A program made the translations under genes and the position numbers. A stretch of DNA of 63,949 nt, counting the filler, from Blastocystis sp. subtype 4 (taxonomy: Eukaryota), in assembly GCF_000743755.1 (NCBI RefSeq). It is 4 parts of 4 records of this genome, joined end to end, with 100 filler letters (N's around TTAATTAATTAA, not from the genome) between each part and the next. Parts side by side here need not be neighbours in the genome. Positions count along the whole stretch, not along the records: positions 32,656 to 48,769 come from NW_014569303.1; 3 more parts are not named here. One strand, written 5' to 3'. How positions within the stretch are numbered: position 1 is the stretch's first letter; every line of letters starts with the position of its first letter. Shown in pieces: positions 32,656 to 45,500 of the stretch. Under the pieces are notes generated by a model that saw only the letters and a program-made list of their open reading frames with translations, had not been told where the DNA came from and did not search any database.

Positions 32656-34976
32656 GAATATGCCAAGCGTGTGATTGAATCAACAAGAAGAGTGAATGAA
32701 CTTGAAGAATCATTGAAGATAAATGAAACTGAACTGACTAAATTGAATGAGAAACTGATTGCTACTGAGAATGAGAAAGAGAATGAATTTGCTGAACTTA
32801 GTTCTTCTTTGGCACTGAAAGAGAATGAACTAACAGAAGCCATTGAATCTCGTAATGAAGCTGAAAAGAATCTGGCAGAGATGAAGGCTGAGTATGAGAA
32901 AGCAAAGAATATGACTACTGTGAGTGCCTCTTTGAGAGAGACTGAATTGACTACACAACTCACTGCAATCAAAGCTGAACTCGAGAAAGAGAAGAAGGGT
33001 CGTCAAGAATATGCTAAGCGAGCTACCAAAGAAACAGAGGATCTGAGAAGCAAATTGGAAGTAGCAGCAATGAAGGTTGCTGAAGCATCAACCAAACAAG
33101 CAACAGCGGAGAAGGAGTGTGAGGAGCTATCCATAGCCTTAGCGCTGAAGGAGAATGAAATGGAAGAATTGAAGGGAAGGCTGAATGTAGCTCAATCTGA
33201 GGCTGAGAAAGAGAGTGAAGAACTAACGGCTACTCTGGCACTCAAGGAGAATGAGGTGGAGGAACTGAAAGAGAAATTGAATGCAGCTCAGACTGAAGCA
33301 GAGAAGGAGAATGAGGAGCTGGCATCAGAGTTAGCGCTTAAGGAGGGTGAACTAGAGAAATTGAATGAGAAATTGAAGAGTATTCAAACTGAAGCTGAGA
33401 AGGAGAATGAAGAATTGGCTTCTGCATTGGCACTAAAAGAGAATGAACTCTCAGAAGCCATCGCAGCACAAAAAGAAGCTGAGAAAACACTTGAAGAGGC
33501 CAAATTACTTTCTAGAAACCTCGAAGTGGCTGTAGAAGAGGCGAAGAAGACATTAGCCATCACAGTCGCTGAGGTATCACAGTCATCTAACAGTGGTCAG
33601 CAGATCATTGCTACTCTCCAGACGGAGCTAGCAATGGCTCAGGAAGAAGCACATCAGAATGAAGTTCGTCAGACTGAGTTGACAGCGTTGAACGCAGCAC
33701 TCCTTGCCAGTTTCAATGAAGTGACGACATGGAAAGAGACAGCTGAGAATGCATTGAAGAGAACGGGAGATATGGAGAAGGAAGTAAGTACACTGAAGAA
33801 GGCTCTGGAGGAAGCAGAGGCTGATAGTGAGGAATTGGCAGGACAATTGGCTATGAAGGAAGAAGAACTTGCTCAAGTGGAAGATGCCAAGAAGGAAGCG
33901 GAATTGAGTGTTGAGGAACTCACTAGTGCTCTGGCCCTGAAGGAAAGTGAGATCACTGCCGAAGCTGAAGCCAGCACCTCTTTGAGAGAGACTGAATTGA
34001 CTACACAACTCACTGCAATCAAAGCTGAACTCGAGAAAGAGAAGAAGGGTCGTCAAGAATATGCTAAGCGAGCTACCAAAGAAACAGAGGATCTGAGAAG
34101 CAAATTGGAAGTAGCAGCAATGAAGGTTGCTGAAGCATCAACCAAACAAGCAACAGCGGAGAACGAGTTAGCAGCTCTAGAGAAGAAGGCAAAGGAGACA
34201 GAGCTGGGTCTCCATGCTCAGATCAATGTGTTAGAACGTAGTCAGGCTGAGTTGAGATCATTACGTGTGGACTATGCATCATTGAAGACTCGGTATGAAG
34301 AGGCTCTCACAGAGAGTGTCCAACAGAATCAGAAACTAGCAGTGATGGAGGTAAGGACGAATGATGAAGATAAAGAACAGAAACAGATTCAAATAGAACC
34401 ATCTCCTCCTATTGAATCGCAAATAACTGAAAACACAACTGTGGAAGAGGAGGAGAAGAAGGAGCCACTTGCACTTGTGAAGCCAATTACACTCCATGAG
34501 CAGCTGGAGCAGCTTCTGAGTTCATTACAACAGTATTAGTAGGAGGGATATTACATTGTAGATATGAACAGTCTTCAATCTCAAGTACTCAGGCCATGTA
34601 TGATCAATCCATGGCGGCAGCTGTTAGTACTGTATTGAAAATCAATCTGAGAAATATCGAACAACGTAAGAACTAATACATTGATTGAATTGATAGAGAT
34701 TCGACCTGGACAATGGGTACCTGATTCTGAAGCTCCTCGATGTACGTATTGTAATGATAAGTTCACCTTTGTACGAAGAAGACAGTAGGATAGGATTGAT
34801 TCATGAGAGTTAGTCATTGTCGATTCTGTGGATATGTGTTCTGCTCATCATGTTGTAATCATTATATGACTATCAGTTCGATGGGAGATGATCAGCGTTT
34901 GTGTCATGCTTGTTATCTCTTCTTCGTAAAACTACAAGAAACGCAGAAAAGAGTTGCAGGCTTGATTGAGGGTTAA
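32656..34976 (+). CDS. Long coiled-coil protein with C-terminal FYVE finger (EEA1-like architecture), 5' truncated
   Basis: E/K/A heptad repeats, then spliced [38 protein letters not shown]...RLCHAC. Confidence 0.85.
32927..34163 (+). repeat. 187-bp identical direct repeat inside the coding sequence (32927-33113 and 33977-34163)
   Basis: Base-for-base identity by eye; in-frame offset of 1050 nt. Confidence 0.9.
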
Positions 34977-35000
34977 GTTTAACAAACACTGTTTGTGTTA

Positions 35001-35591
35001 CTAGAATACAATTTGATCAATCACAAAAAACAGAGCCAGCTGGAGAAACGTCCAAATTCTTCTCAGAAAACATTTCAAATGGCTCTTCTATGAGTTAACG
35101 ACTGAATCTAATACAACTGCCTGGATTATCGAAATGTGGAAAATAGTGTTCATAAGGAATTGCATGTGATCCAGCAAATCGAACAGTTCCCTTTGCGAGA
35201 TCAAGTTTCTATATCCATCAACTCAACTCCATAAACCATACAGCAATCAAACGATTGTATGTAGATATTATATCCATGATTTCATCGTTCTTCTTATTCA
35301 CAGTTTGCTTAATCACTATTGAAGACTCATTCAACGCAGATTGTAGAGATTCAATACTTTCTACATCTAACATGCTAATATCAACTCCACCTTTGATATC
35401 TAAGAGTATTTGATTGAAGAACTCATCATTTTCGACTAATGCACTGACACTTTCACAGTGTAATATTTTCTTTTCCAAATCTGTGAGTCGTTCACTGATC
35501 TGGTTCTACAGATCACTAGCATCAGTAAAACCCCTACATGAATTGTCTTATAATTTCCGTGTTGTTTCATTGCATCGTATACAGACGACAT
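35001..35591 (-). CDS. Hypothetical small helical protein, possibly with a hydrophobic C-terminus
   Basis: MSSVYDAMKQHGNYKTIH spliced to ORF 35218-35478 and further exons; TGTTTGTT motif at 34988-34981. Confidence 0.45.
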
Positions 35592-35629
35592 GATGAAAAC
35601 AGTCAACTCGTAAGATAATAGAATCAATT

Positions 35630-35645
35630 AAGAACCGCGGTTCTT
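35630..35645. promoter_or_regulatory. Perfect 16-bp palindrome AAGAACCGCGGTTCTT in a 100-nt divergent promoter
   Basis: Lies between ATG 35591 (-) and ATG 35692 (+). Confidence 0.5.
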
Positions 35646-35691
35646 CCAACATACCTTCTGTGTGTTTTCGTTGCTCATAGTGAAATAAAAC

Positions 35692-37064
35692 ATGAACTAT
35701 ATGACTTCTGAAATAATGGAAGAGATTAAAGCTCTTCCGGGAAATGATGTTCGTTCGTTTTGGTTGTGTTATCGGTAGCGATGTGCCGATTGTGGAGAAG
35801 AAAAACCAGTTTGGGCGTCTATATCGTATGGTTCGTTAATTTGTCTAAAGTGTTCGGGTCTTCATCGTGGTTTGGGTGTATGTCTTGATTTCTTGACGAA
35901 TTATTACATAGGTTCATCTCAGTTTTGTTCGATCACTTGAATTGGATACGTGGAGTGAAAATGAGATCAAGGCAATGAAGATGGGAGGAAACAAGCAGAT
36001 GATTGATTTCTTCGAGAAGCACAATATTCCAAGCGAAGTTCCAGTTTCTGTGAAGTATACAACTGAAACAGCGACTTTATATCGTTCGATGTATTGGATT
36101 TAGTTTATTTTGATCGCTAGAATAAAAGCAAAAGTTGATGGGACTGAAGTTCCCGAAGATCATCCTCTCGATGAAGACGAGCAAAACAAGACGTTGACTC
36201 TTCGCAAGTGATTAATGTTGATTTGAATAATATTCAGACGAGAATCGCAGGAGTCTTCTATCGAACAAGATCGACGTCTTCGAGAGGAAGCAGAGAAACG
36301 TCTCAATGAGAAATTTGGGAAAGAGGTGGTTTTTGAAGTCGTCACTTTATGTGAACGTAACGTATAGGGCGTATCTTCCTCTCCTATTGCTGTTAAAGAT
36401 GATAGGAAGATGGATAAAAATGAAAGTGATGATAGTGATAGTGATGAAAACGAAAGCGATGAAAGTGAAGATAGTGAAGATAGTGAAGATAGTGAAGATA
36501 GTGAAGATGATAGTGAGGATAGTACTGACAGTGTTGCTAAGGAAGCTGTTGAAGCTGTTGAAGCTGTTGAAGCTGTTGAAGACATGAATGGTGATAATCG
36601 TCCTAAGGAAGATTGGAAGAAAGAATATATGAAAATGGCAACAGAAATCACAAGTGATATGGTGGGAATGGTGAAGAATTCGCAATTAAAGGAGAAGATG
36701 GGGAATGGAATGAAGAAGTTGAAACGGAAGGTAGAGGAGAATAAAAGTGCGGAAGAAAAACAGGACGTTAAGAGTGTAGCAAAGAAATCATGGTCGTGGT
36801 TAGCTTCGAAGACAAAGGGAGCATTGAGTATGACAGTGAATGCAACAAAAACATATATAAATGATATTAAGGAGGAATTCGGTCCAAAATCAAAGTAAAT
36901 GTGAAATGAATATCTAATGGTTTAGAGAAGACGATGATTCGGAGTATAGTTATTATGACTCGGAGTATAGTGATGAGTCAGAGGAAGAAAAGGAAAAGAA
37001 GACAGATAATTCGAATTCGTTAGTTGGAGAATTGCCTGAAGAAGAGGATCCTAATGAGCCATAA
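35692..37064 (+). CDS. ARF GTPase-activating protein (ArfGAP zinc finger)
   Basis: [47 protein letters not shown]...MKMGGN, with an acidic C-terminal half. Confidence 0.92.
36421..36580 (+). repeat. Coding 9-bp minisatellites (GATAGTGAA)n and (GAAGCTGTT)n
   Basis: Encode (DSE)n and (EAV)n inside the ArfGAP. Confidence 0.85.
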
Positions 37065-37132
37065 GTTTGCGAGGTTGTTTGTTAAGTGAATCAATTTGGG
37101 GAGTACTGGAAGTCTGAATATCAGAAAGAGGG

Positions 37133-39537
37133 ATGGAATTAACAACAAATACAGCATTGCAATTCATGAAGGTGTTCCATGAAAATGATCATTATTGATG
37201 TAGAAGTGCTTACAGAGTCCACTTGAAGAAGGGGATTATGAAAAGCTTGTAAATGTGGTTTCTTTCCTGAAAACGCAATCCTGTTTATCAGATTATGCTA
37301 TATGTTGGGTTAAAGATAGATCAGTAATCCTATAGATGCAATTTTGCGGTCCATCATCGTTGCTGATGCAAACATATCCGTTATTTACAAGATTCTCACT
37401 ATTTCGACATTTAACTCACGTGATTATATTGACCAGGTGATTGCCATACTTACAACCTATCATTCTGTCTTGTCATCAATAGCAGGAGGACTTGAATTGG
37501 ATCCGGCATCACTACTAAAGTCATGGAATGAGGAAGTAATGTCTCAAGTGTTAGTTCAGTGTATTCCAGTACATCCTTGTCTATCCTTTTATATCTAGAC
37601 TCTTTCGTCCCATCTCTCTTCTCTCTTTCAAGAGCGTATCGTTTCAAATGAGTTAAACAGTGACCTTGATGCTCGATTTCAACAGTGTTCTCACTTCTTT
37701 CCTTTCTCTGTTCTTTCTCGATTATTACGAGAATCATTGATTGACTGCGTTTCAGTTTGATATGAATTGTTATGTAGATCCAGTTCCCCGGTAGCCAAGT
37801 GAATCAAAGAATTGTGGAGACTTGGATTCGTTCAATCTTTACTGAAGATGTTGAAATACTTATTTCTGAAGTAGATTCCATATTTCGGGAATTCCAATTA
37901 CATGAGTTCTTCAATACTCTTGTTACTTCTATTGCTCACTATCCTCCTCTGTATTCATATGCTTACTTCATTCCCATAGACCCACAACAGTTCCTTCTGA
38001 ACTCATGAATCCAGTATCAAGTTCACTGTTAGACACATACAGTCACCAACTGAAGCAAGAGTATTTGAACAATGATGTGAACACAGAGACTATTCTCTTG
38101 TTCTATTTGAAATCTGTTCAGGTAGATTCGGACAGATTCTTTGTCCATAGATGTTGAATTCATGTCAAATACATCCTACAGTAATTACTCAATGTCTTCA
38201 GCCTATACGAGAGGTAAGGAAGAGGATTGAATATGATTCTAAGGAACTTAGAAAACGAGATGATACTATTTCGTGTTTGTTTTTAGTGATATCACGAGAT
38301 ATGCCTGTAAGAGAGAGGATAATGAATGAATATTAGGAATTGCTTGTAATACCTCGCAATAAGAATGAAGATAAAGAGGAGATGTGGGGAATTCAACAAA
38401 TAGAGAGAGAGAATAAGAAGACAGAGGAGTTAGATTTGATGATGGAGTGTGTGAGACTCTATCCTGATCAGTTTGTACGAAAAGAAGATGAAATTCATCA
38501 AAAGACATTCTTAAAGCGAGTAGAAGAGTTCTTTGCTTCACAACTGTTGTTTCATTGTGAAGAGACTGAACAGACAGTCGTGTAGATGAGTGATAGAATG
38601 ATTGATCCATAGACTGGAGAAACTACTACTGTTCCTTATCAAACGATTAGGTCGAAATCAATCTTCACATCTTCTAGTAATGGTATGATTGTTCCTTCTC
38701 TCGTCAGTAGCTTCGTGATCTTCGTATGAGTCGTCAGTTGAATCAAAGTCTTCACCAACAGTCATCATGTACACATTCAGACCTACTTTCATATAGCCAC
38801 TCAATTCTATTCCTGTACCATCATCTCACGATCCTTCTGGCCTGAAATTGAAGAAGGAATGATCTCACTTCAAGAACCAGTTCTGACTGCACAGAAACGA
38901 GTGGAGAAGTACTATAAGAAGGCATTTCCTCGACGATCTTTGCAAGTTATTCCAAATCAAGGTGAAGTTGAAATCGATGTGACGGTTGGAAATGAAACTC
39001 GATCGATTGTCTGTTCCATTGTCCAATATCAAGTGTTACAAGAGTTTTGTCGAAATCGTATCGATTATTGGAATTCTTAATAGAATAGAGAGTTGTGGAA
39101 TCGATGAATTGTGTTTCGATTTGTTATGTCCACGTGCCCTAATCCAATCAGCCATCACCTTTTGGATGAATCAAGGTGCGATCATTTGTGTTTCCAAATC
39201 TCCACTCAAATACCGTCGTGTCCGCTTCTTCAATGAACAAGGAATCGTATTAGATACTCAGGATGAGAATGCGATGAGTGTGTTGGAACGAATGCGAGTA
39301 TATGAACGATTTGTCACGGATATCTTAAACACCTGTACTAACTTTGATATTCACCAATTACAGAGGCGCTTAACCGTATTTCTTCAAGGTGTGAATCGAT
39401 GTAGGATCAAGAAATGATAATGATCGTTAGATAACCATAGTGAAGAAGAGTTACTAGTCTTAATAAAAGATATGGAAGAAAGAAATATTGTATATGAAGA
39501 AAATGGCATTTTAAAACTACGACAGTACTTTGGTTAA
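37133..39537 (+). CDS. ANAPC2: Anaphase-promoting complex subunit 2 (cullin-like)
   Basis: TETILLFYLKSV...LQPIRE-ELRKRDDTISC, LRDLRMSRQLN, IISRSFWP, SAITFWMNQG and a C-terminal winged-helix-like segment. Confidence 0.75.
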
Positions 39538-39549
39538 CAAACATGTGTG

Positions 39550-40493
39550 TTAGAAAGAAAATAATAATCGAACTCCATTCACAACATGAGCATGGAGCTC
39601 TAATATCACATTATATGCTACAAAGGAATCAAGAACCACGGTTCTTACCTGCTTCTGAGGACATTGTACATAAGGCACTTTGACCTTGTACACAAACATT
39701 ATAAACCGAACCAAATAAGCGCAGAAGTTTCAACAGAGTATCTGATCGAGTATTCGCAGGAAACCCTGTGAGATGAAGTGTCACAATGGGTAAATAGAAA
39801 TGAAACAGTACTGAATGATAGAAAAGTAATAACACATACATGACATTGGACACACTAAAGGAACATCCAGAGCTACTCCTTGTTGTTCTTGTTCCGCAAC
39901 CAGGATGATATCTCGGAAATGGCTCAGACCACTACCAATCGATACAGCTATATCTGGTGAATCATTACGAGCTGGAAAATGTTCAGAATATGTTCGATTG
40001 ACACCCCACCAATGAGATAATGCGTCTTCTGATAAGGTTGAAAGAGCTTCAAATGAAGATTCTGTAAGAATGGCTTTGGCACACGAATCATCACCTGGAA
40101 CAAGATCAACAAGTGGGAATTCTCCTGGAAACGGAAGTGGCTCATCATGAGACTCTTGATCCATATCAATATAATCTCGACTGTCGCATGGCAAGAGAAA
40201 CATGGACCTTGAGTACTGTTCCAGGCAATCATCAAACAGAAATCCAAAGCAATTATCCTATGGAGTAAAATGCAAAACGAAATGAAACGAAATCAATCAG
40301 AAGACCATTATCATTAAATGTTAGCGATGACTGCATAATGTGAGAAAATGCCTTCAAATGATCAGAACCAATCAGTCCTACAGTCAGCGATAGAAACATC
40401 GAAATCAGGAATCAAAAACACTCTGACGATTCTAGAAAAGATTATTCGAGCAGATGTTAGGAAGATATAAACGTACTTAAAGAAAGATTCCAT
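39550..40493 (-). CDS. Hypothetical protein with C-terminal RRM
   Basis: TLHLTGFPANTRSDTLLKLLRLFGSVYNV...ALCTM...LHAHVVNGVRLLFSF*. 5' exons uncertain. Confidence 0.5.
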
Positions 40494-40571
40494 TAGAAGC
40501 AAATTCCCGTGGGAGAGAAGTAACTTAGGTACTTAGTATTATTCTTCATTCTTTTCTTGTTATCATCCTAA

Positions 40572-42530
40572 ATGATAGGATCAGAAGTTCAGGGTAACGG
40601 TATCCAGGGTCTACTATTCTTTAGGAACCTCAGAGATAAGTGACGATATCACTTCTGTATTATATCCAACTGATTTTATTGTAATGTCGGAAGATATTCC
40701 GTCACTTGGTGGATGTCGAGAGGGAAAAGGATCAATCGTTTACAAGGCTAAGGGCCATGATGACTGGTCCGTATTTATCCTAAAGGCCATATGGGTTGAT
40801 GACGTTCTTCATGGACGCTTTTCCATTCATCATAATGGTCGGGTTCTCCTCGAAGGAGAGTACAAATGGGGTAAAATATGGTTTAAAGGACGAGAATGTA
40901 ATGAAATTCGCATTACGGACTCCGGTGCTTTTCCTGTTAAGATAGAGTCCAAGACTCCACAGAAGACTGGTCCTACTGTAGTCCGAACGGAAGTACCTGT
41001 ATCATTGCCACCAAATGCTGTTCCAGCATCAGAAGACGTCGATGTTTCATCTCCATCCAGTCCTGCTCCAATAACAGAGGAAATTGTAGAGGAACCTGCA
41101 ATAGTACATCTAGATGAATCAGATGAGGAAGTGTATGAAGATGATGTGTGGGTTCAGCCTGTAATATCGTCAGGAAGCCAACAAGAAGACAAGACTCAAA
41201 AACAAATGAAGGATCTGGTCAAATCGATTCTGTTTGGTAATAACAATGCCACTAGTTTTGCAAGCTATTCTAACGAGATATCACATCAATCCTTCTTTTT
41301 CATAACAACAGAAGGACGAGAAAGCAAGATCATGCTGATCTGTACGATGAACAAGAATCTTCCTAATGGGAACACGTATATGTATCACACGAATCCTTTG
41401 CAATTTATTGGAACCATGAAAATGAATAAAGGTCACTGCGTTCGTTTCATTCCTCCTTCCCAAATGGAAGATGGTCAACAGTGTATTCTGGATCTCACTG
41501 ATGACGGTGATCGTTGGGAAGGAAGCGTTCGGAATATGATCCCTAACGGGAAAGGACAGTACTACAATGAGGATAATGTGTTAGTATTTGAAGGAGCTGT
41601 CCTTGGAGGATTAGCGAATGGAGTAGGAACAGCCTATGATCCACAGACAGGTTGTCGATCGTACTATGGAATGTGGTCTCGTGGTATGCGTCATGGTTGG
41701 GGTTCAGAATATGATCGTAGTGGATCATTTGTACGAGAAGGTGTATGGATAAAGAATGAATGGGTTTCAATGGAAAAGAATCCTCAACGAATCAAGCCAG
41801 GTCTGAGTCTTGATGATTATACCCCTCTGGTAAATGTGATGTATCTCTCAATGGATTCTTATCGTCGTCGAGTCTTGCTAGAAGTCAAAGACTATCCATT
41901 CCTTCAATACTTATTTATCAATGGAACATGTTTTGCAAATACGAATCTTCAATTAACCAATTTGCCTAATCTACGTAAACTTGTAATCACAACCATTTTT
42001 CAAAGTCGTCAGTTCAGTTATTATTACAATTGTGTCTTAGTTACATTGTGTCCGGCTTTGAAAGAAGTGTGGTTGGAGGTGAATTATGACCATGGTTGGA
42101 TAATGAAAGAAGTATCTCGTAATAAGCCAACACATTGTTATGCAAATGCTATGCCACGGGAATATGAACCTAAGTTTGTAATGGAGGAGTTACAAAGAGT
42201 AATGAAATGGAAGCCATCAAAAGCATTTTCGATGAACGTGAATGAACCTGAAATAGGTGATGTAGTGTACTATCATTCAGATACAACCTATTCTTGGGAT
42301 GATCTAGGTCAAAGTCAATTAAGTAAGATGTTTAGTGGAAGGATGACATGATAGAAGTGTTTAGACCATATCATTTCTATGCAGAGGCAATATGGCGTGG
42401 TACGTGGTGGGATCGTAGTCATAGTCCAATTAAGATGTATCTTCCAATCGGTGAAGGGTATCGATCTCTGGAGAAGTGTTGTAAAGTGCGTGATGAATGG
42501 TTAGGATATGTTGGTTATTATGCTGAATAG
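40572..42530 (+). CDS. MORN-repeat protein with LRR-like C-terminal segment
   Basis: RWEGSVRNMIPNGKGQYY, FEGAVLGGLANGVG, YYGMWSRGMRHGWG; a 32-nt intron joins ORFs 40684-42351 and 42348-42530. Confidence 0.8.
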
Positions 42531-42574
42531 AAAGTATTTGTTTGAAATAAAGAATCTTGTACACATACATTTGG

Positions 42575-45500
42575 TTAACTACTTTCATGTTTACATACTC
42601 TCACAAAAACATCATTCAAAGAAGACTGACTAATACTCCATCGAATAAGAATCTTCTTATGTTGTAAATCAATCACATGTTGAAGTAATGTTTTCAAATC
42701 TACTTTGTCCTTTGAAATAGTGAAAGTGGACATATGCGAACGCTCTTCTAAGAATTCAAGATCAGGAGAAATCGTTGTTTGGACATACTCCACTACATTC
42801 GTTATGGAAGGAATTAGAAGAACTGAGAACATCAAACCACGTCCGTACTTGTTCTTCAAATGAATTTGACTTCCCAAACACTGAATACCATCACTCGTTA
42901 GAATAGCAATACGACTGCACAATGCATCAGCTTCCTCCATAGAGTGTGTTGTTAACAGAATTGTCATACTCTCTTGAATTGACTTCACAGTGTTCCAAAT
43001 GGCCACTCTCGACTCCAAATCCAAGCCTGTCTATCTCTTACATCACAATGACTCCACTTACTGTTGGCTCATCAAGGAATAAGAGTAATGGTTTGCTCAT
43101 TAATGCCATTCCTAGTGTCAGACGACGTTTTTGACCTCCACTTAACAAAGCAGAAGTATGCTGGAATGCATCATGCCCCAAACCCACTTTCTCTGCAATC
43201 TCCTTGGTCATATACGGAATATCCTTCTTAGACACATTATGAAGTCGAGCTACGAGTGCTAGATGTTCTTTTACTGTCAATTCATTGAAGAACGTATCAA
43301 ATTGAGGTACTACTCCAATCAACTGTTTCACTTGCATTTTATCCTTGTACGTATGACCAAATATCTTAAGTTCTCCTTCATTTGCATTCAGATTTCCCGT
43401 TAAGATATTGATAAGAGTTGTCTTGCCTGCTCCATTCGGTCCTAGCAATCCAAACACTTCTCTATCACCAATAGAGAAGGATAATTCTGGGAAGACTCGT
43501 TTTGATCCTCTAGTACTCAACACAACACTGTTTGTCATACGACTTTGAGAAGAACACCTTAGAAATATTTGATACAATCAGACTTAATCCATAACGATTC
43601 TCAGGATTCTGTTTATCAAACACAGACTCAACATATTCTTGTTCCTTCACAACATCTTCCTCTTGTAGAGTCACTCCTTCCGAATACACTTGTGGACTCT
43701 CCTTATTCACACGTTGTTGATAGTACTACGAATCATTCTCTTCATTCATACTGACATGATCCATCACATTCAAAAGGTCCTCTCTCAACCATATAACCAC
43801 ATAGCAAATAACTATATAGACAATGGTAGATACCACAGAATAACTCAAAGCTTGAAGAATGAGAGATAATGCTTCATATCGCATCACAAGAGACTGCATC
43901 ATGAAAAGTGAATAGGCTCCTCCAGGGAATATGGTCAATGGAATCAATGAATTGAGTTGGTATAGATATTGAAAAACGAGTGCAGCACCACAATTGATAA
44001 TCATAGCCAGACACACTGCTAGAGTTCTAGATATGAGAGAGTATTGATAAGATACGGGGAGGAGAAGAACATTGAGAATGCTACGTAGAAAGCAGAAGAG
44101 TGGATACTTTCCCACAAGAAGAGGAGAACCAGTAATAATGAGGGAGAATATACGTTTTTAACACAATACATCACAATCATCACACTACTGATTAGGGAAC
44201 CAAATTAAACGTACATAACCGTGATAATACCAAAGAATAACGTATAGAAGAGAAGGAGAGAAGTCACATATAGAGAAGAAGTGACATTATTTAAGAAGAG
44301 AAGACGAACACGATCACTTGCCTTATCATTCACAATTCTATGATTCACTACTAGCATAATAATCGTACCTATACACAACCATAATAGACATTAGAACAAA
44401 TAGGAACGGAAGACAAGACAAAAACCCCAGATTTTCATTACTCAGACGGAAATTCCATGTTTTACTATCAAGTTTTGCGGCTCGAGGTTCTGGTAATCAT
44501 ATCAACATATCATAATACGATAGACTAACGAAGGTTCTGTTTCTGATGCCAAGAGATTAAGATAGTCGAAAAGTGTGACGAATGTAGCAGCGTACGAGGA
44601 GGAAACAGAATTCATATTCCCACTACAAATTACATCATTTCCTCAGCACTCACCGATAAATCGCAGTATTTCCACGTGTATATTCTTTATGAAAACCAAG
44701 AATCACATTCATATCGTTCTTTGAAAGCTTTTTAACTTCAACTGATACTTGTGGAACCAAATTCACATAGATTCTTTGAGCTTCATCATAGTCCTTCGCA
44801 TCAATAACATAATAAGAAGAAGGTGATTGTTCCTTAGCCATTCTTAGAAGAGTTTCAGCTTTTTGAATCATGTCCTTCTTGAGATTCGTTGATGTCATTA
44901 TGACGTAGTGATCTGATGTGTTTATATGCAGATTCGACAGATTATAAGGCCAATTTAATGTTATAAGAGGAATCTCTGACTCTCCTAGTAATCACTCTCC
45001 TAGTCTTTTCTCACGATCATCAATCATAAATGAGGTAATATTATACTTACCATAACGGTCAAAATACGGTACATAATCTACATATGATTCCAATTATTGA
45101 CAAGGACCATTGAAATAATATTTATCATACTCATACCTATACAAAGGAGGATCATCATTATCGATACATCCGTTAGTAGGATTACTAATATCATTATTCA
45201 GTCCATTATCTCACCTTCCATCATTACATATCCGTTGTATTGGTGCAGTTACACTAATTATCACTAAAATAGCTATCCAAATGAATAAGAACACTGCAGG
45301 AAGAATGAACCGTTTCCAATCCTTCAACATTAGCTTTGCATTCAACCAATTCAGTGTCCATATGATGTTCCATTTAGATATACTTTCTGTTTCTGTCAAA
45401 TCTAATGGAGTTTTGGTAGGTTCCATCTGAACTTCTGACACTGGCTGATCCAGTAAAGGCGAAGTGGATGCTGTATCTAGCTTCTCTGTCTTCAGAGGTT

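Noticed and set aside
39631..39646. AAGAACCACGGTTCTT, a near copy of the promoter palindrome
   Set aside because: It sits inside a 31-nt intron near a gene's 3' end; probably coincidental and not counted as support.
42324..42355. ATGA overlap of two ORFs suggesting translational coupling or a frameshift in the MORN gene
   Set aside because: A 32-nt GTAAGA...TAG intron joins them in frame.
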